This document shows positions 36,562 through 48,349 of a DNA stretch of 64,000 nt, piece after piece (within the stretch, counting starts at the first letter, position 1; every line of letters starts with the position of its first letter). The translations under genes were made by a program, and so were the position numbers. The notes beneath the pieces were generated by a model that was not told the origin of the DNA, made no database searches, and worked only from the letters and a program-made list of their open reading frames with translations. The stretch spans positions 103,993 to 167,992 of the forward strand of contig QPMI01000473.1 in the NCBI GenBank assembly GCA_004431415.1, given 5' to 3'. Origin of the DNA: Cyanophora paradoxa CCMP329 (taxonomy: Eukaryota; Plantae; Glaucophyta).

Positions 36562-37027
36562 ATTTTAGGCCCCGCAGCTGAGGGATGCCGATGAAGTGCT
36601 AAAGCTTGGAAGACGTAACGTAGTACGCGTGAGAATAGCTATAGGTGATGGCGATTGCCAAGTTGATCGATGCCGATGTGTTTACGGTACTACAGTACGG
36701 CGGTACGAATACCAGTATACTAGAGAACAGAGAATTCGAATTTCGTGGCACTGTCACCGTACGCGTGGCACAGTGTGGGGCCTGTGGGCCTGTGTGGCAG
36801 ACCCGGTGAGTCGGCGGTGACCGTTTCCGAAGTTCAAGCTAAGAGGCTGCCAGCGGACCGTGATGATGCCACCAACACACTGGCAAGTTGTGGCAACACT
36901 GTACATCGCGACTCTGCAGAAAATCCTATGGGCGGTCTCCGATCGCGAGTTTCAAGTTTTGGCCTGTACAAACTTTCCGAGTCCGGGGCCGCCGAGTTTC
37001 TCAGAGTTAGGCCGGGAAAAGTTACTA

Positions 37028-37160
37028 CCGTAGAACACTTAAGTAATGCGCGCACTTAAGTAATGCGGTTCCAAATTAATGCGTTTTTTGCTGGCAAAAC
37101 GCATTAATTCGGGACCGCATTAATATCGAAAAGAAATCTGCGGTATGTACCAGCCACACA
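37028..37160 (+). mobile_element. Left-end fragment of the same MITE family as 38052-45106
   Basis: TA-CCGTAGAACACTTAAGTAATGCGCGCACTTAAGTAATGCGG.. is nearly identical to 38052-38150. Confidence 0.75.
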
Positions 37161-38266
37161 AGAACGTCCGTTTCGCCCTACCCCTGAGAATTGCCGTGGC
37201 TTAAAATTGCCGAATTCGGCCTCTCGGCAATAAACAGCAATTTAAAACATCGGCTAAAAAATCATTCCTACAGTACTCGCCGTGTTAATTGGGTCGACCG
37301 GTGAAAAAAAAGAGCTATTTCGTTTTTTGCAGTACTGTCGGCGGACCGACGTCGACGGCGACTCGACGCGCGTATACGGCGGTACTTCGCGTTTTTTTAT
37401 CATGATGCATATGAGGCTCCAACCACCCCCTGGGTCCCCCTCGCCGCCGGACTTACACCGTTACAGTGGTTACACGTAAATTGTTTTATAACTTGCAAGT
37501 TGTGACCGTCGGACCGTCGGACGTACCGGGTAAGTGACGGCAAGTCCCGTAAGTCGTAAGTGCTAAAACTAAGTACTTGTAATTGGCATTCAATTTGGCA
37601 ACCCTCTCACTGCCTAGCTGTCAGCCAGAACTTCGGAAGGCACGGTCGTCCGACGTCCGACGTCCGTGGATCACGCTCCACGCCGTGACGCTCGAGCTCC
37701 GCGTGGAAAATTTTCGGGATCATCATGGCATGGGCACCGAGCTTGCAGAAAGGTCTTTGCGGGGTCCTAGGCTCCTAGCCGATCGAATCACTGCCGGGTC
37801 CTAGGCTCCTAGCCGGGTCCTAGACTCCTCGCTATAGTCATGAATCATGATCAGTCAGTGACAGTCACTGATCATGATGAGTGCCGAATTCGATCGCGAA
37901 TCACTGCCGGCGTCTGCCGCAGTGCGCATGCCGTCGTCGAACGTCATGACTCATGAATCATGAATCAGTGCGCATGCCGTCGTCCGACGGTCGAACGTCA
38001 TGACTCATGCCGTCGTCGAACGAGCTAGCTCCGAGTAGCTCGAGATTAATACCGTGTAACACTTAAGTAATGCGCGCACTTAAGTAATGCGGTCCCAAAT
38101 TAATGCGTTTTCCGCCGACAAAACGCATTAATTTGGGACCGCATTAATATCGAATCGCTAAGAAAGTGCTGTATGTACCCCCTTACACCAGCCAAAAGGC
38201 TTCAAACCGCATTAATTCGGTACCGCATTAATATCCATAGTAGGGGTCAGGGTTCATGCAAAAACG

Positions 38267-38904
38267 ATAAGCCTGCAGCTGATCAGTTTACTTATTCTTA
38301 CCCAGCAACTGGCCCGCGTTGGACAGAGGCAACTGGTCCTATGGGCCTTGAGCTCTCCGCCCCGCCAGGGCCTGACGGACAGCTCTCCAAGCCTGCCCAC
38401 CGCATTGTCTTCCCCCTTCAGGCCATTCTCCAAGCCCGGGCCGGGAAGGCCTCTGCCGCACCTCCCGCCCCCTCTGGCTCCGCTGGCGGCCCTTCGGACA
38501 TGGCTATAGACCCGGTGAGCTCTTTCTTTTTGTTCAGATCTAATAGGGGTGTACAGTTGGTGGCCCCCCGGCTGCGCTGCAGTTGGGGTTGTGGACTGCC
38601 AAAGCTGCACTGCAGCTGCGGCATGATGCCAAGGCTGCGCTGCAGCTGCGGCACCTTGAACTTGCAATTGTTCTGATCTGGGCTTTAAAACTGGATTACT
38701 GTTTAAATACGATGCATAGACATCTCATAAATTGGCACTCTTATTACTTTTTTCAACTCGCCCTCACCTTGTTTCTGAGCGCAGCCCGCTGGCCTGCCCA
38801 CGGAGATGACGAACATGCAGATCGCTGCCGCCGGCCGTACAATTCCAACACGCGTTCGGGGTGCCGGTTCTGGCACTTGTGCCGGTTCTGGCACTGGCAA
38901 GTAG
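38267..38904 (+). CDS. C-terminal remnant of LINE ORF1 (possibly with intron 38515-38784)
   Basis: The frame is open from the 5' junction (DKPAADQFTYSYP...DMAIDP). After GTGAGC..GCAG it continues in frame PAGLPTEM...GTGK* just before the ORF2 ATG. Confidence 0.4.
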
Positions 38905-38985
38905 GGTCGTCTCGTATTTTGCCCTTCTTCAATTTAAGCTTGTACATAGTTTTCTCTGGATTCTTTAAACCACCGTGATCATACT

Positions 38986-41900
38986 ATGGCCATCAATATT
39001 GTCTCCCTGAACGTTGCAGGGAAATTAGTAGGAGACACAAGCTTCTGTGCTTCACTTGGTATGCACCACGTTGATTATCTCCTTAAGTGTGCTCGTGAAC
39101 AGTCTCGCAAATCCATAGTTTGTTTACAGGAAACTCACGTATCGAGTAAAGTAGACGCTGCTTTTCTGAAAGGCAAGTGGGGGGCTACCCCTTCGTACTG
39201 GGCTTTCAATCCAGAAGTTGCCAGTCAAGGTGTAGCTACTCTCTTCCCTAATAAGCGATTTAGCATTACCTCGCTAGCTCCTGCACAGAGTTCCCGGCTG
39301 CAGCTGTTCCTGTTGCGCTCTGGAACTGTAAATATTTACCTGTGCAACATTTACGCACCTGTTCAGGATGCTGAACGGTTAGGCTTCTACGAGACATTGT
39401 GTCATACTCTGGAGTCGGTCGTTCCTGTGGGGTCCCATTTAATCTTATGTGGTGATTTTAACTTTCACCTTTTGCCTTCTGACGCGAACAGTACTTCGGG
39501 GCGGGTGTCGCCCCTGCATCCTTTGAAGCGGTTTGCTCGCAATATCAACTCCAGGATGTTGCATCGCTTTGTACGGATGAGCGCCGGTCTAATCGATTTA
39601 AAACGTTTTATCGGACTAATGCCCAGGCAGCCTCGGGGGCCGTCGAATCTCGTCTAGATTATTTCTTTGTCTCTCAATCCCTACTCGCATGGAACCCAGT
39701 GCTCGTCCCATGGATGAAATACACTTCCAGACATCTTGATAGGCCTCTTTCTGATCACATTGGAATTCAACTCACGCTGTCCCCTCCAGTTCATCAGCGT
39801 GGGCCGGGTCGCTGGAAGATGCGATGGGACCTTTATGGGAAGAACCCAGCGTATCTCGCTGAAATTCGGAAGGTTTTTCAGATGTGGCGTGCTGAGTGGC
39901 CTTCGCCTGCATCCGATTCTATTCTTCGCTTCGAAGCTCTTAAACGGTATCTACAGACTGCTCTCTCTGCGTGGGAGTCGACTGAGCGGCGCAAGAATAA
40001 GTCGGCTTACTGGTCTGCCATGAAACGTCTCGAACGTCTCATCACCGCCTATTCGCAGGGCGAGATCTTACGGGACAGTTTCTTGAGTGGCCGCTCTGCT
40101 CTTTATAGAGAGCTGCGGGAGCGCATGCCTCAAGTGTGTAGGGCTGCCGTTCAAGCTGACTCGCTATTCTCAAGTCAGAACGAGGCCACATCGAGGCGGG
40201 AGTTTTTCACTCATTATTTCGGAACTGCTGAGCAGGAGACCGGATGTGAGAATAAACTCCGGCCGGCCAACACCCCGGATCCCTCTTATGCTTCTGATAA
40301 TCCCTTTGTGCTTATGACGTTGTCGGCAGCTCATTTCGCTGATTTATACGATGGTCAGCAAGCTCAAAGTGTGGTGGCGGCGCATCGTGATGAACGGGCT
40401 GAATGTGCGTCACTGTATGCGCCTTATAAACTCATTCCGCGGGAGGCCGTGGATCTCGATACCCCACTGGCCGCCTATGAATTGTTGCAATCGTTTAAGG
40501 ATATATCTGGGCTTAGAAAATCCCCTGGACTTGATGGTTTAGTACCTGAATTTTATAGTACTTTCTGGGGCGACATTGGTCCAGATTTTATGGAATACCT
40601 TAAGGCTATGCATAATCGGAAGGCGGCCCCTGGCTCGCTACGAGATATCCTCATTGTCCCAATTCCGAAACCTGGTACGGATGCGACTTTGGTCACTAAC
40701 CGTCGGCCTATCGCTCTATCGAATGTAGAGGAGCGAGCAGTCGAGCGGGCATTATCTAACCGCTTGACCCCTATCATGCCCCGCTTAATATCAAAATATC
40801 AGTCGGGTTTTATCACCAAACGTTCTGCGGTGCATCAATTTATGCTCGTATATTTATTGATGTATTATGAGGGGATAATCCCGATCTCGAGGAACTTTGT
40901 TTGGGGTTCCTTGATTTCTCCAAAGCCTATGATCGGGTGAATTGGGAGTTTCTTTTCTGGACCTTGAATCAATATGGATTTGGGTCATACTTTACTGACT
41001 GGGTCCGTCTTTTGTATTCTGATCTGTCGGGGATGATCCATATTAATGGCTGGACAACGCCTCGGTTTCCCATCCGGTGCGGAGTCCGGCAGGGTGGTCC
41101 TCTATCGCCATATCTATATAATTTGTGTGCGCATCTATTAATCATGTTAATCGATACTGAACCCCGTATACGCGGGGTGCAAATTTCTGGGCGGTCCATA
41201 TGCAAGGTCCTCCAGTTTGCTGATGATACTGTTCCCCTTATTGCCTCCTTTGCGGAATTCCCCATTTGGGACGCTCTCATTAAGAAATTTCAACGGTTAA
41301 CAGGGGCGAAAATTAATCTCGAAAAATCGCATATACTACCCATGCACTCAAATTTATCTCTTCCACCTGATTGTCCTTTTGAGCGTATGAAGGTTGATCC
41401 TTCTGAGATTTCCGCAGATGCCAAGATCGCCAAATATCTCGGGTTCCCTCTGGAGCTAGTGCATGACCGGTTTTGGAATAAAAAGACTGCTGCTCTCGTT
41501 CTGCGCGCACAGTCAGTTAACCGGAATCGGATGCCTCTACGCTCTGGTGTTTTACTTGCGTGGGCTGCTATTGTGGGATCACTACATTATCCGCTGTATA
41601 TTTTAGAACCGGGAGGTGATCGTTATAAAGCTTGGAGTAATTTAATCCGCAACTTTTCGGGTGTACGCGGCTCCGTATCTACATATGTTACGGCGCTTCC
41701 GTTTAAAGACGGTGGATTAAATTGCCCAGATATTGTTACGTTTTCGCTGGCTTTAAAATCTAAATGGCTTGCCTTCCTTAACGACCCGGCCTGTTCAGCT
41801 CCTTGGAAGGAATATATTCAATACCAAATAGACCGTCAGTTGGCTCCATTCTCTTATGCTAATGTCATTTTGGGGCTTGATGTGTCTGCCATCTTGCCAA

Positions 41901-44900
41901 GATTGCATTTGCCACCGCTTTGGCAGATGCTGTTTGAGGCGTGGCGAGATCGTCAAGCCGTTGCATCTCCTACAACCGTGCATCAAATTTTGACCCAGCC
42001 TATTTTTCTTAATCCTTTATATGTTCTTCCTAGTGACATTGCAGCACAGACACATACTGAGTTTGCGAGAGCCGGTGTACAGCGCGTCGCTGACATTTGG
42101 GATGTACAGTTGCACCGATTTCGTGCTCCCCCTGCAATGCTAGTTGATTATACTGCTGCCTTTGATCAAATTTGTCGTGCCCTGCCATCCAGTTGGCTTA
42201 CAACGCTTACTGCTAATGCCGTACCGGAACGTTTCTTATGGTATAAATCGAAAGATGATAAATATGTGTATCTGAGGGGTCCCTCGGGCTTTTTTGTGGC
42301 CTTCCCTCTTTTTGAAGGTGAGATTGTCCCACGGGTGTTGGATTTCGTCCCGTGGCCCGTGGCCGCCCTCCAGATCCGCTCTTGTACCCTGGCGTACCAG
42401 CTGGCCTCTTGCCGCTTCATGTGCTCTCCTCCCAGTATTTTATTTCTTTGCGCAGAGGTTCGCGTCCAATTCTGGTTTCGCTTGGCACGGGTTCGACAGC
42501 TACGCTTTCCTACAGCAATTTTGCTTTCACATTCGATAAGATGCTCACGCTTCAGGGCTTTTCTGTTCGGCGCTTTTACCAGCTCGAGGTACAGCGACTG
42601 TGGCGGGTGCGGAGTAGGGCTAAGATGCCTTCAGAACACTGGGGTCTGGATCTCCCTCTTAATCGCGTGTCTCAGCTCGTCGCCCTTCGTGCCTTTCCTA
42701 TGCTGTGGCTCGATGTCCTCTTCCGTCTCCGATATAAGGCTTTCCCATCTTTACAACGGCCGCCGGTCGCGGCTATTTTTTGCCGCGCTTGTAATGATGG
42801 GCAGCATCGTTCAGTGCGGCACGTTTTCTTTGATTGCCCTGTGGTGCAGGGTTTTTGGCGGGCCATGCATGCTGAGCTCACATCCTTAGCAGAGGCTTTG
42901 CCCGAGGACGTGCAGCCCTCTTTACCATTGCCTCCTATTACGTTCTCCGCTATTCTAGATCCACAAGTTCCCGGTGTTGCGGGGACATTGATCACATCTT
43001 CTGTGGATGCCGATTTCTGTGTTCGGTATCTCGGTTATATTTTGGCGGGCATTTACGCAATTTTTCAGCTGTCCCGTGCATATCTCTCACCCGATAATTT
43101 ACTTGCTGAGCGGGTACCAGTGTACTCCGTTAATGCTCTGCTAAACCTGTGGAAACGTTTTCTGGATATTCTCGAGATTACGTTGCCTCCTGCTGTCGAG
43201 CGCATTGAGCTTCTTCGTTTACGGCATTTAGGGGAGGGCTCTGATTACGATGGTTCAAACCCTGAGTCACGTGACCGCCCTAGCCCCCCTCAATCTATTT
43301 TTGATGCGAGCTTCTTTTCTGTGCGCGGAGCTATCCCTCTACAGCGCTCGGGCCCCCCAGCAGTCGCGGTCCCGGGCCCCCCTGCAGTCGCTACCCCTAG
43401 GCCTGCTACTACAGTTAATGGCGTCGGCGTGAATCCTCAAGTTCAGCACATTGCGAGGCCATCTGCTAGCGCTGATACAGCTTCGGTCCCGGCTCCCTCG
43501 AGTTCTCGTTTGAGCTCGTCTGCCGATGCTAGCGCTAGCGCCGCTTCTGCCTCCACATTAATATGCCCTATTTGTGGAAGAACTTTCAGTCTTCTGCTGA
43601 TCGTGACCGTCATGTTCGGGCTGATAAACATCCTGCTAACGCCCGTGGCGTTCGCCGACCTCGAACCCCCTCTAGTTCAGAGAATCCTCCAGATCCTGTG
43701 CCTCCTGCCCAGCGCCCCCGCCTCCAGTCTCCGGATCCGGCACCCCCAGTGCTTGCTCCAGCTCCTGCAGCTGCGGCTACATATGCCGAGCCCCGTCAGC
43801 CTGTTCCGACTTTGCGACGGATTCGCTCCCCTGCACCCTCACCGTCGCCACCTGCTCAGCGGCTCCGTACTTCCCTGCCCCCCCCTAGTCCTTCTCTGAT
43901 ACCTTCCGTTTCACGAATCCGCCGCCCCCGGTCTCCGTCGAATTCAACCTTGCCTCCCGATGCCGATCCGTCCCCTGTCCATGTGTCTCGGCGCCTGCGG
44001 CTTTCCTCTCCTGTACCTTCGGCTTCCCCTCTGGCTGTCCCGCCAGATCCACCTCGCCCGCCGGTTCCTGCATGGCCCCCTTTGATTCATGATAGTCTTG
44101 TATCAATCTTCGCTTCACCTCAACTTAGTTTACCCTCAGTTGTTTTGCCGTCACCTCCATCAGATGCTTCATCGATGTTAGTTAGGAGCACTGGCCCCCT
44201 CCACCTTCCAGTTCCTCGTGTATTCCATGCCTTCCCTGTACCTTTGATTCCGTTCCCTTTGTCGTTAGCTCTGCCTCTTCCTCCTCCATCTCTCACTGTT
44301 AGCCCTCAGGCAGTTCCGCCTCTTTATCTTCAGCGACCGTCAGACCGTATAGTTTTTGGCAGCGAGTATTTTGTGTATGGTGACGTTCCTCGTGTGTACC
44401 CTTCTCTCTCTTCTACTTCGCTATATTTGCCTCTCCCGCCTGGTTCAGCCCCATCGTCTGCCTTCCCTGTCACTACTGGCTTGCGTTTCGCCCCTCCTCT
44501 TATACTGCCGATTCCGAGTCTGCACCCGAGCTCTGCCCCTTTCCTCGTGTCGTCCCCAGTTCCTCAGATTAGTCTTCAGCCGTCCATTGTTTTACCAACT
44601 CTACAATCTCGATTCCGTTTAGACACTCCGCCAGCTTCGACTTTCCCCTCTAGTGGTGTCCTACGTTTCGCCTCTCCTACTGTTCTACCGCGTTTGCCTC
44701 CTGCGACTACGTCTTCTAGTTCTGCTGTTAGCTCTGTCTTGTCGTCTTCGTCTAGATCTTCGTCTTCGACTGTAGTTCCTCGTGCTCGTTCTCCTTATTT
44801 GCTGCGTCCCCGTGCTCCTCGTCGTTCTAGTGTGACTAGTACTTCTGCATCGACGCCCTTGAGCTCTTCTACTCCTTCTCCTCGTGCTCGTTCTCCTTAT

Positions 44901-44945
44901 CTTTTGCGTTCTTCTGATCGTGTCCTTTCTCGTGATCCCTCTTGA
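38986..44945 (+). CDS. LINE ORF2: APE endonuclease - reverse transcriptase - CCHC finger - C2H2 finger - Pro/Ser/Arg-rich tail (four -1 frameshifts)
   Basis: APE motifs SLNVAG, CLQETH, NIYAP, CGDFN, SRLDYF, SDH. RT motifs KSPGLDG, RPIAL, LDFSKAYDRV, GVRQGGPLSP, QFADD, KYLGF. CRAC..HVFFDC follows, then CPICGRTF(Q)SSADRDRHVRADKH. Confidence 0.9.
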
Positions 44946-45017
44946 TTCTGTATATATTTTGTGCTAGTTTACTGTATCTTTGATTTGTGATTGCTTTGTT
45001 GTCTTTAATATCACTAC

Positions 45018-45042
45018 CTACGGGGGGTTCGCCCCACCGTAG
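45018..45042 (+). other. 3'-terminal stem-loop of the LINE (UUCG loop)
   Basis: CTACGG-GGGG-TTCG-CCCC-A-CCGTAG, 6 nt before the poly(A). Confidence 0.75.
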
Positions 45043-45541
45043 TCTCTCAAAAAAAAAAAATGCAAAAACGCATTAATTACTGGCGCATTAATTAAGTGTT
45101 ACACGGTATTCGCGACCGTCGGACTCGCGACTCGAGCTCGGTCAGCCTACCTACCGGTAGCTCGGTGCCAGTGAGCAGCAGTGTGAGGCGCCGCCGCGCC
45201 GGCAGTGTACATGTGAGGCACAGTCAGGCACTGTGAGCTATAGCTACCGCCGATTCATCGCACTACCGTAGACTCCGTAGTACTGGTACCCGGGTACCGC
45301 AGCTATACTAGTATATCAGTATATAGCTACCGCGGCCGGCGCCGGCGCGCGCGCGCGGTGCCCGCGGCCGCGGCACTGCGGGCCGTCTGCGGCAGTCCCG
45401 GATCCCGGAGTCCGGTGGCACTTGGATGATCGATATCACTGAAGCGCTATTATATGCATATGCATGGTCAACATCGGCGCTATAGCTAGTGCTAGTTCCC
45501 GGGAGTCCGGGATCCGCCGGGGCGGACCGGATTGCATGCAT

Positions 45542-46936
45542 ATGTTCAATTGGCATGCGTCGCCGAAGTGGTGGGACTGGCGCGCAAGCTCGTACGACAG
45601 TGACACGGGCAGCATCTCGGCGCTCTTCACCGACGAAGCAGCAGCGGCTGTCGATGCCTTCCGCCGTGCACGTGCCAGCGAGCCCCCGAATAGACATGAG
45701 GAGCCCGCGTGCAAGAGTTCAGAGCGCGACCGCAGCCGCAGCTGCAGCCGCCCACGCGCCCTTGATGTCGCGGCGGGGACGGGCGCGATGTCCTTCTCTC
45801 TCATGAAAGTGCGCTTTTCGATGCGGCCGCGGGCGTAAAGTGCGCACGGGCGTAAAGTGCGCGCGCCTGCACAGGCCGGCTACGACGTGGTGGCGTCGGA
45901 CTTCTCGCCGGATATGGTCCAGGCTCTGGCCAGTCGGCACTCCGCGGCCGAGATCGAGCCAGCAGATCACGGGCACGGCCATGGCAGGCTGCTGCGCACG
46001 GAGGTGGCCGACGCAAAGGTGCATATGCATATGCATGTGCCGGCTGCACTGCGGCAGGATCACGAATTCCCTCGCGAATTCCCATGCAGCTGACTGGTTG
46101 GGTTCGGCGACAGGACTTGGGGGATCTCGCGGACGGCACGTTCGACGTCTGCACGCTGGCGTACGCCATCTTCTTCTTCGACGCGGTGGAGCGCGCGCGA
46201 GTGCTGCGGCATCTGCTGCGCGCGGTGCGCCCCGGCGGCGTCCTGTGCGTCCTCTCCTGGCGCGAGCCGGGCGAGGTCGACACGTTCCTACCTGCAGCCA
46301 TCACGCGAGCCTGCCCCCAGCTGGCGGTCAGGCTCGGGCTCCATGGCCAGCAGAATACGAACGCTCGCGATTGGACGGGTTCATTTGTATTCTCGGAGCC
46401 CGAAGAGATCAAAAGGGAAGCCACTGCGGCTGGATGGGCCGACGTCCAGGTGAACATTACGAATCGGGTTTAAATTTTGCTCTGCATCGATCACTGCCTC
46501 TCCATCGATATCGATCGCATCTACATGTACAGGTCACAAGTCTACTGCACAAATACGATTTTTCCCAACAGCAACTGCATGATCTCATCACGATCGATGG
46601 TACACTCGATCAGGCAAGTTGTTGCGATAAAAAGATTTTTTTGCATTTGTTTTTAATTTCGAAAGCATCAAAATTTTTCTCCGGCCGCGGGTCGCGCAGC
46701 TCGCGCGAGCGGTAGCATCCGAAAGAAAACCGGAATTTCGCACACGCATGGTGCGGATTCTAAGCAAGGTTCGTGGAGTCGTGGATTCGCACATGCACTC
46801 CTTGAATTCCTTGCAGCTGACTAGGTTTCGGGGGCAGCGCCTTCGGCAGGTCATCGAAGAAAGATCCGAATCAGAAACCGGAAGGTGTCCTGTGGAGTAC
46901 GAGTGTCTAATTACGCTGGGACGCAGACCCGCTTAG
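45542..46936 (+). CDS. Class I SAM-dependent methyltransferase (Methyltransf_11/25-like), spliced
   Basis: Motif I ALDVAAGTG, VVASDFSPDMV, EVADAKDL..LADGTFDV, and LRAVRPGGVLCVLSW. TAG ends at 46936. Confidence 0.85.
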
Positions 46937-47484
46937 AGCCCGCTAGCACTGCATCTTTTCGTTCGGTTCAGCTGCATCATGATCATGATCAGGATCCGGA
47001 GGACCTACGGTACTACGGTAGGCCTAGGGCTGTAGCTGCGGTACTACTAGAGCGTGCAGCTGCGGTACTACGGTAGGCCTAGGGCTGTACTTCGCTGTAC
47101 ATGTACATGTTATTCGTGTGCATGCCTCATATATAACTATAGCTAGCTATAGCTGCATGAATTCCGCCTCTCGCCTATTTTCAAGTTCCAAAACTACGGG
47201 GGGGCCACCCCCTCACGTAGGTCACTGAGTCATGTCATTAATATTGCACATGAAAATGACAAAGATGGCACAATCGAGGGCGGAACAAAGACGTCGCCGA
47301 CTTAGTTCTTTAATTTTTTGAGCACAGCTGGTTTCCATTGACTGCCAGTCCCTACCGTTTCCAATATATACTAGAAACACTGTTAATGGCCATGGGAAGC
47401 CAACTTTAGATAGAGGAGTTGACCGTGAAACTGCATGCAGCTGCCGCAGTGCTTGTGAGTCGCCGGCGCCTTCGCCGACCGCGC

Positions 47485-47790
47485 GCTCGCGCTGAGCGGG
47501 CGGGGGCGCAGGCGATCGCGAGCGTCGGGCTCGAGCACGCGGCGCGCTCCGAGCGCCTCTCGTCGGCCCTCGCCCACAGCGCCGCCCTCACGCGCCTCAC
47601 CAACACGGTCCGCCCCGCCGCCCCCGCGCCGTGCGCCGCGCCGGGCGCGGAGCCGGGCGCGGGGCCGGGGGGCGGGGGCCGGGGCCGCCGGTGCATCTTC
47701 AATTTAAATATTTGCATTTCAGTTCGTAGCTGTAAGCTTAAGGGAACGTCATATCAATGATGGCTGAATAAATATATACTATAGCTAACT
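47485..47790 (+). pseudogene. Internally deleted relic of the GAF histidine kinase locus
   Basis: The exon ASVGLEHAARSERLSSALAHSAAL(T)RLTNT matches 24980-25075. It is joined to sequence matching the kinase 3' flank at about 30224-30340 (ATATTTGCATTTCAGTTCGTAGCTGTA). Confidence 0.75.
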
Positions 47791-48349
47791 AAATAGAGCA
47801 TGCAACGGCTGAGAGCAGGCCCTCAGCAGGGGTGTGACTGGATATTGAAACAGGGACCTGCAGCTGATCATGATAGTTTCGTGACGTCATTTGCAGGCAT
47901 GCATATGCGCGTATCCCGGACGTCGCGATCGACCTTCCTCTTTTAGATCTCGGATCCGTACCCCTGCCCTCCCTCTTCTCGATCATCCGGGCCGATCGAT
48001 CGCGCCTAGCTCGCTCAAGCTCGCGCGGGATGGACGGCTCGCGGCACGTACGCGTCCACAGCGAGGAGGCCCGCGACTCGGCCAGGCCCACGACATCGTG
48101 CCCCGAACTCCGCCCCTAAAAGAGATGCAGTGCATTGGGATCAACGCGAAGAACAACGAATGGCCGATCGTCTACGACGTTATATAGTAATGTAATGACA
48201 ATAGAAGACAGATACGAATAGATACGAATATAGATAAGATTGAAGCGAATTGGATCTCGAAGGTGCTCATATGCATGATCGACATCATTGTCGAAAAATA
48301 TATGAATCGACAAGTGTCGAATTTAAAGTCTACACTCAGATCCTGGTCC

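Larger units (their letters stand above)
38267..45060 (+). mobile_element. Non-LTR retrotransposon, L1/Tx1 clade, 5'-truncated within ORF1
   Basis: TSD (A)TGCAAAAACG at 38256-38266 and 45060-45070, poly(A) at 45049-45060, APE-RT-CCHC ORF2, and markedly lower GC than the host. Confidence 0.92.
38052..45106. mobile_element. ~250-bp MITE (TA TSD, Tc1/mariner-pogo-like TIR) split by a LINE
   Basis: TA|CCGTGTAACACTTAAGTAATGCGC at 38050 pairs with GCGCATTAATTAAGTGTTACACGG|TA ending 45106-45108. The halves are 38052-38266 and 45071-45106. Confidence 0.85.

Noticed and set aside
48085-48187. HDIVPRTPP peptide reminiscent of a class 3 lipase motif
   Set aside because: Too short, with no GxSxG or other supporting exon nearby.
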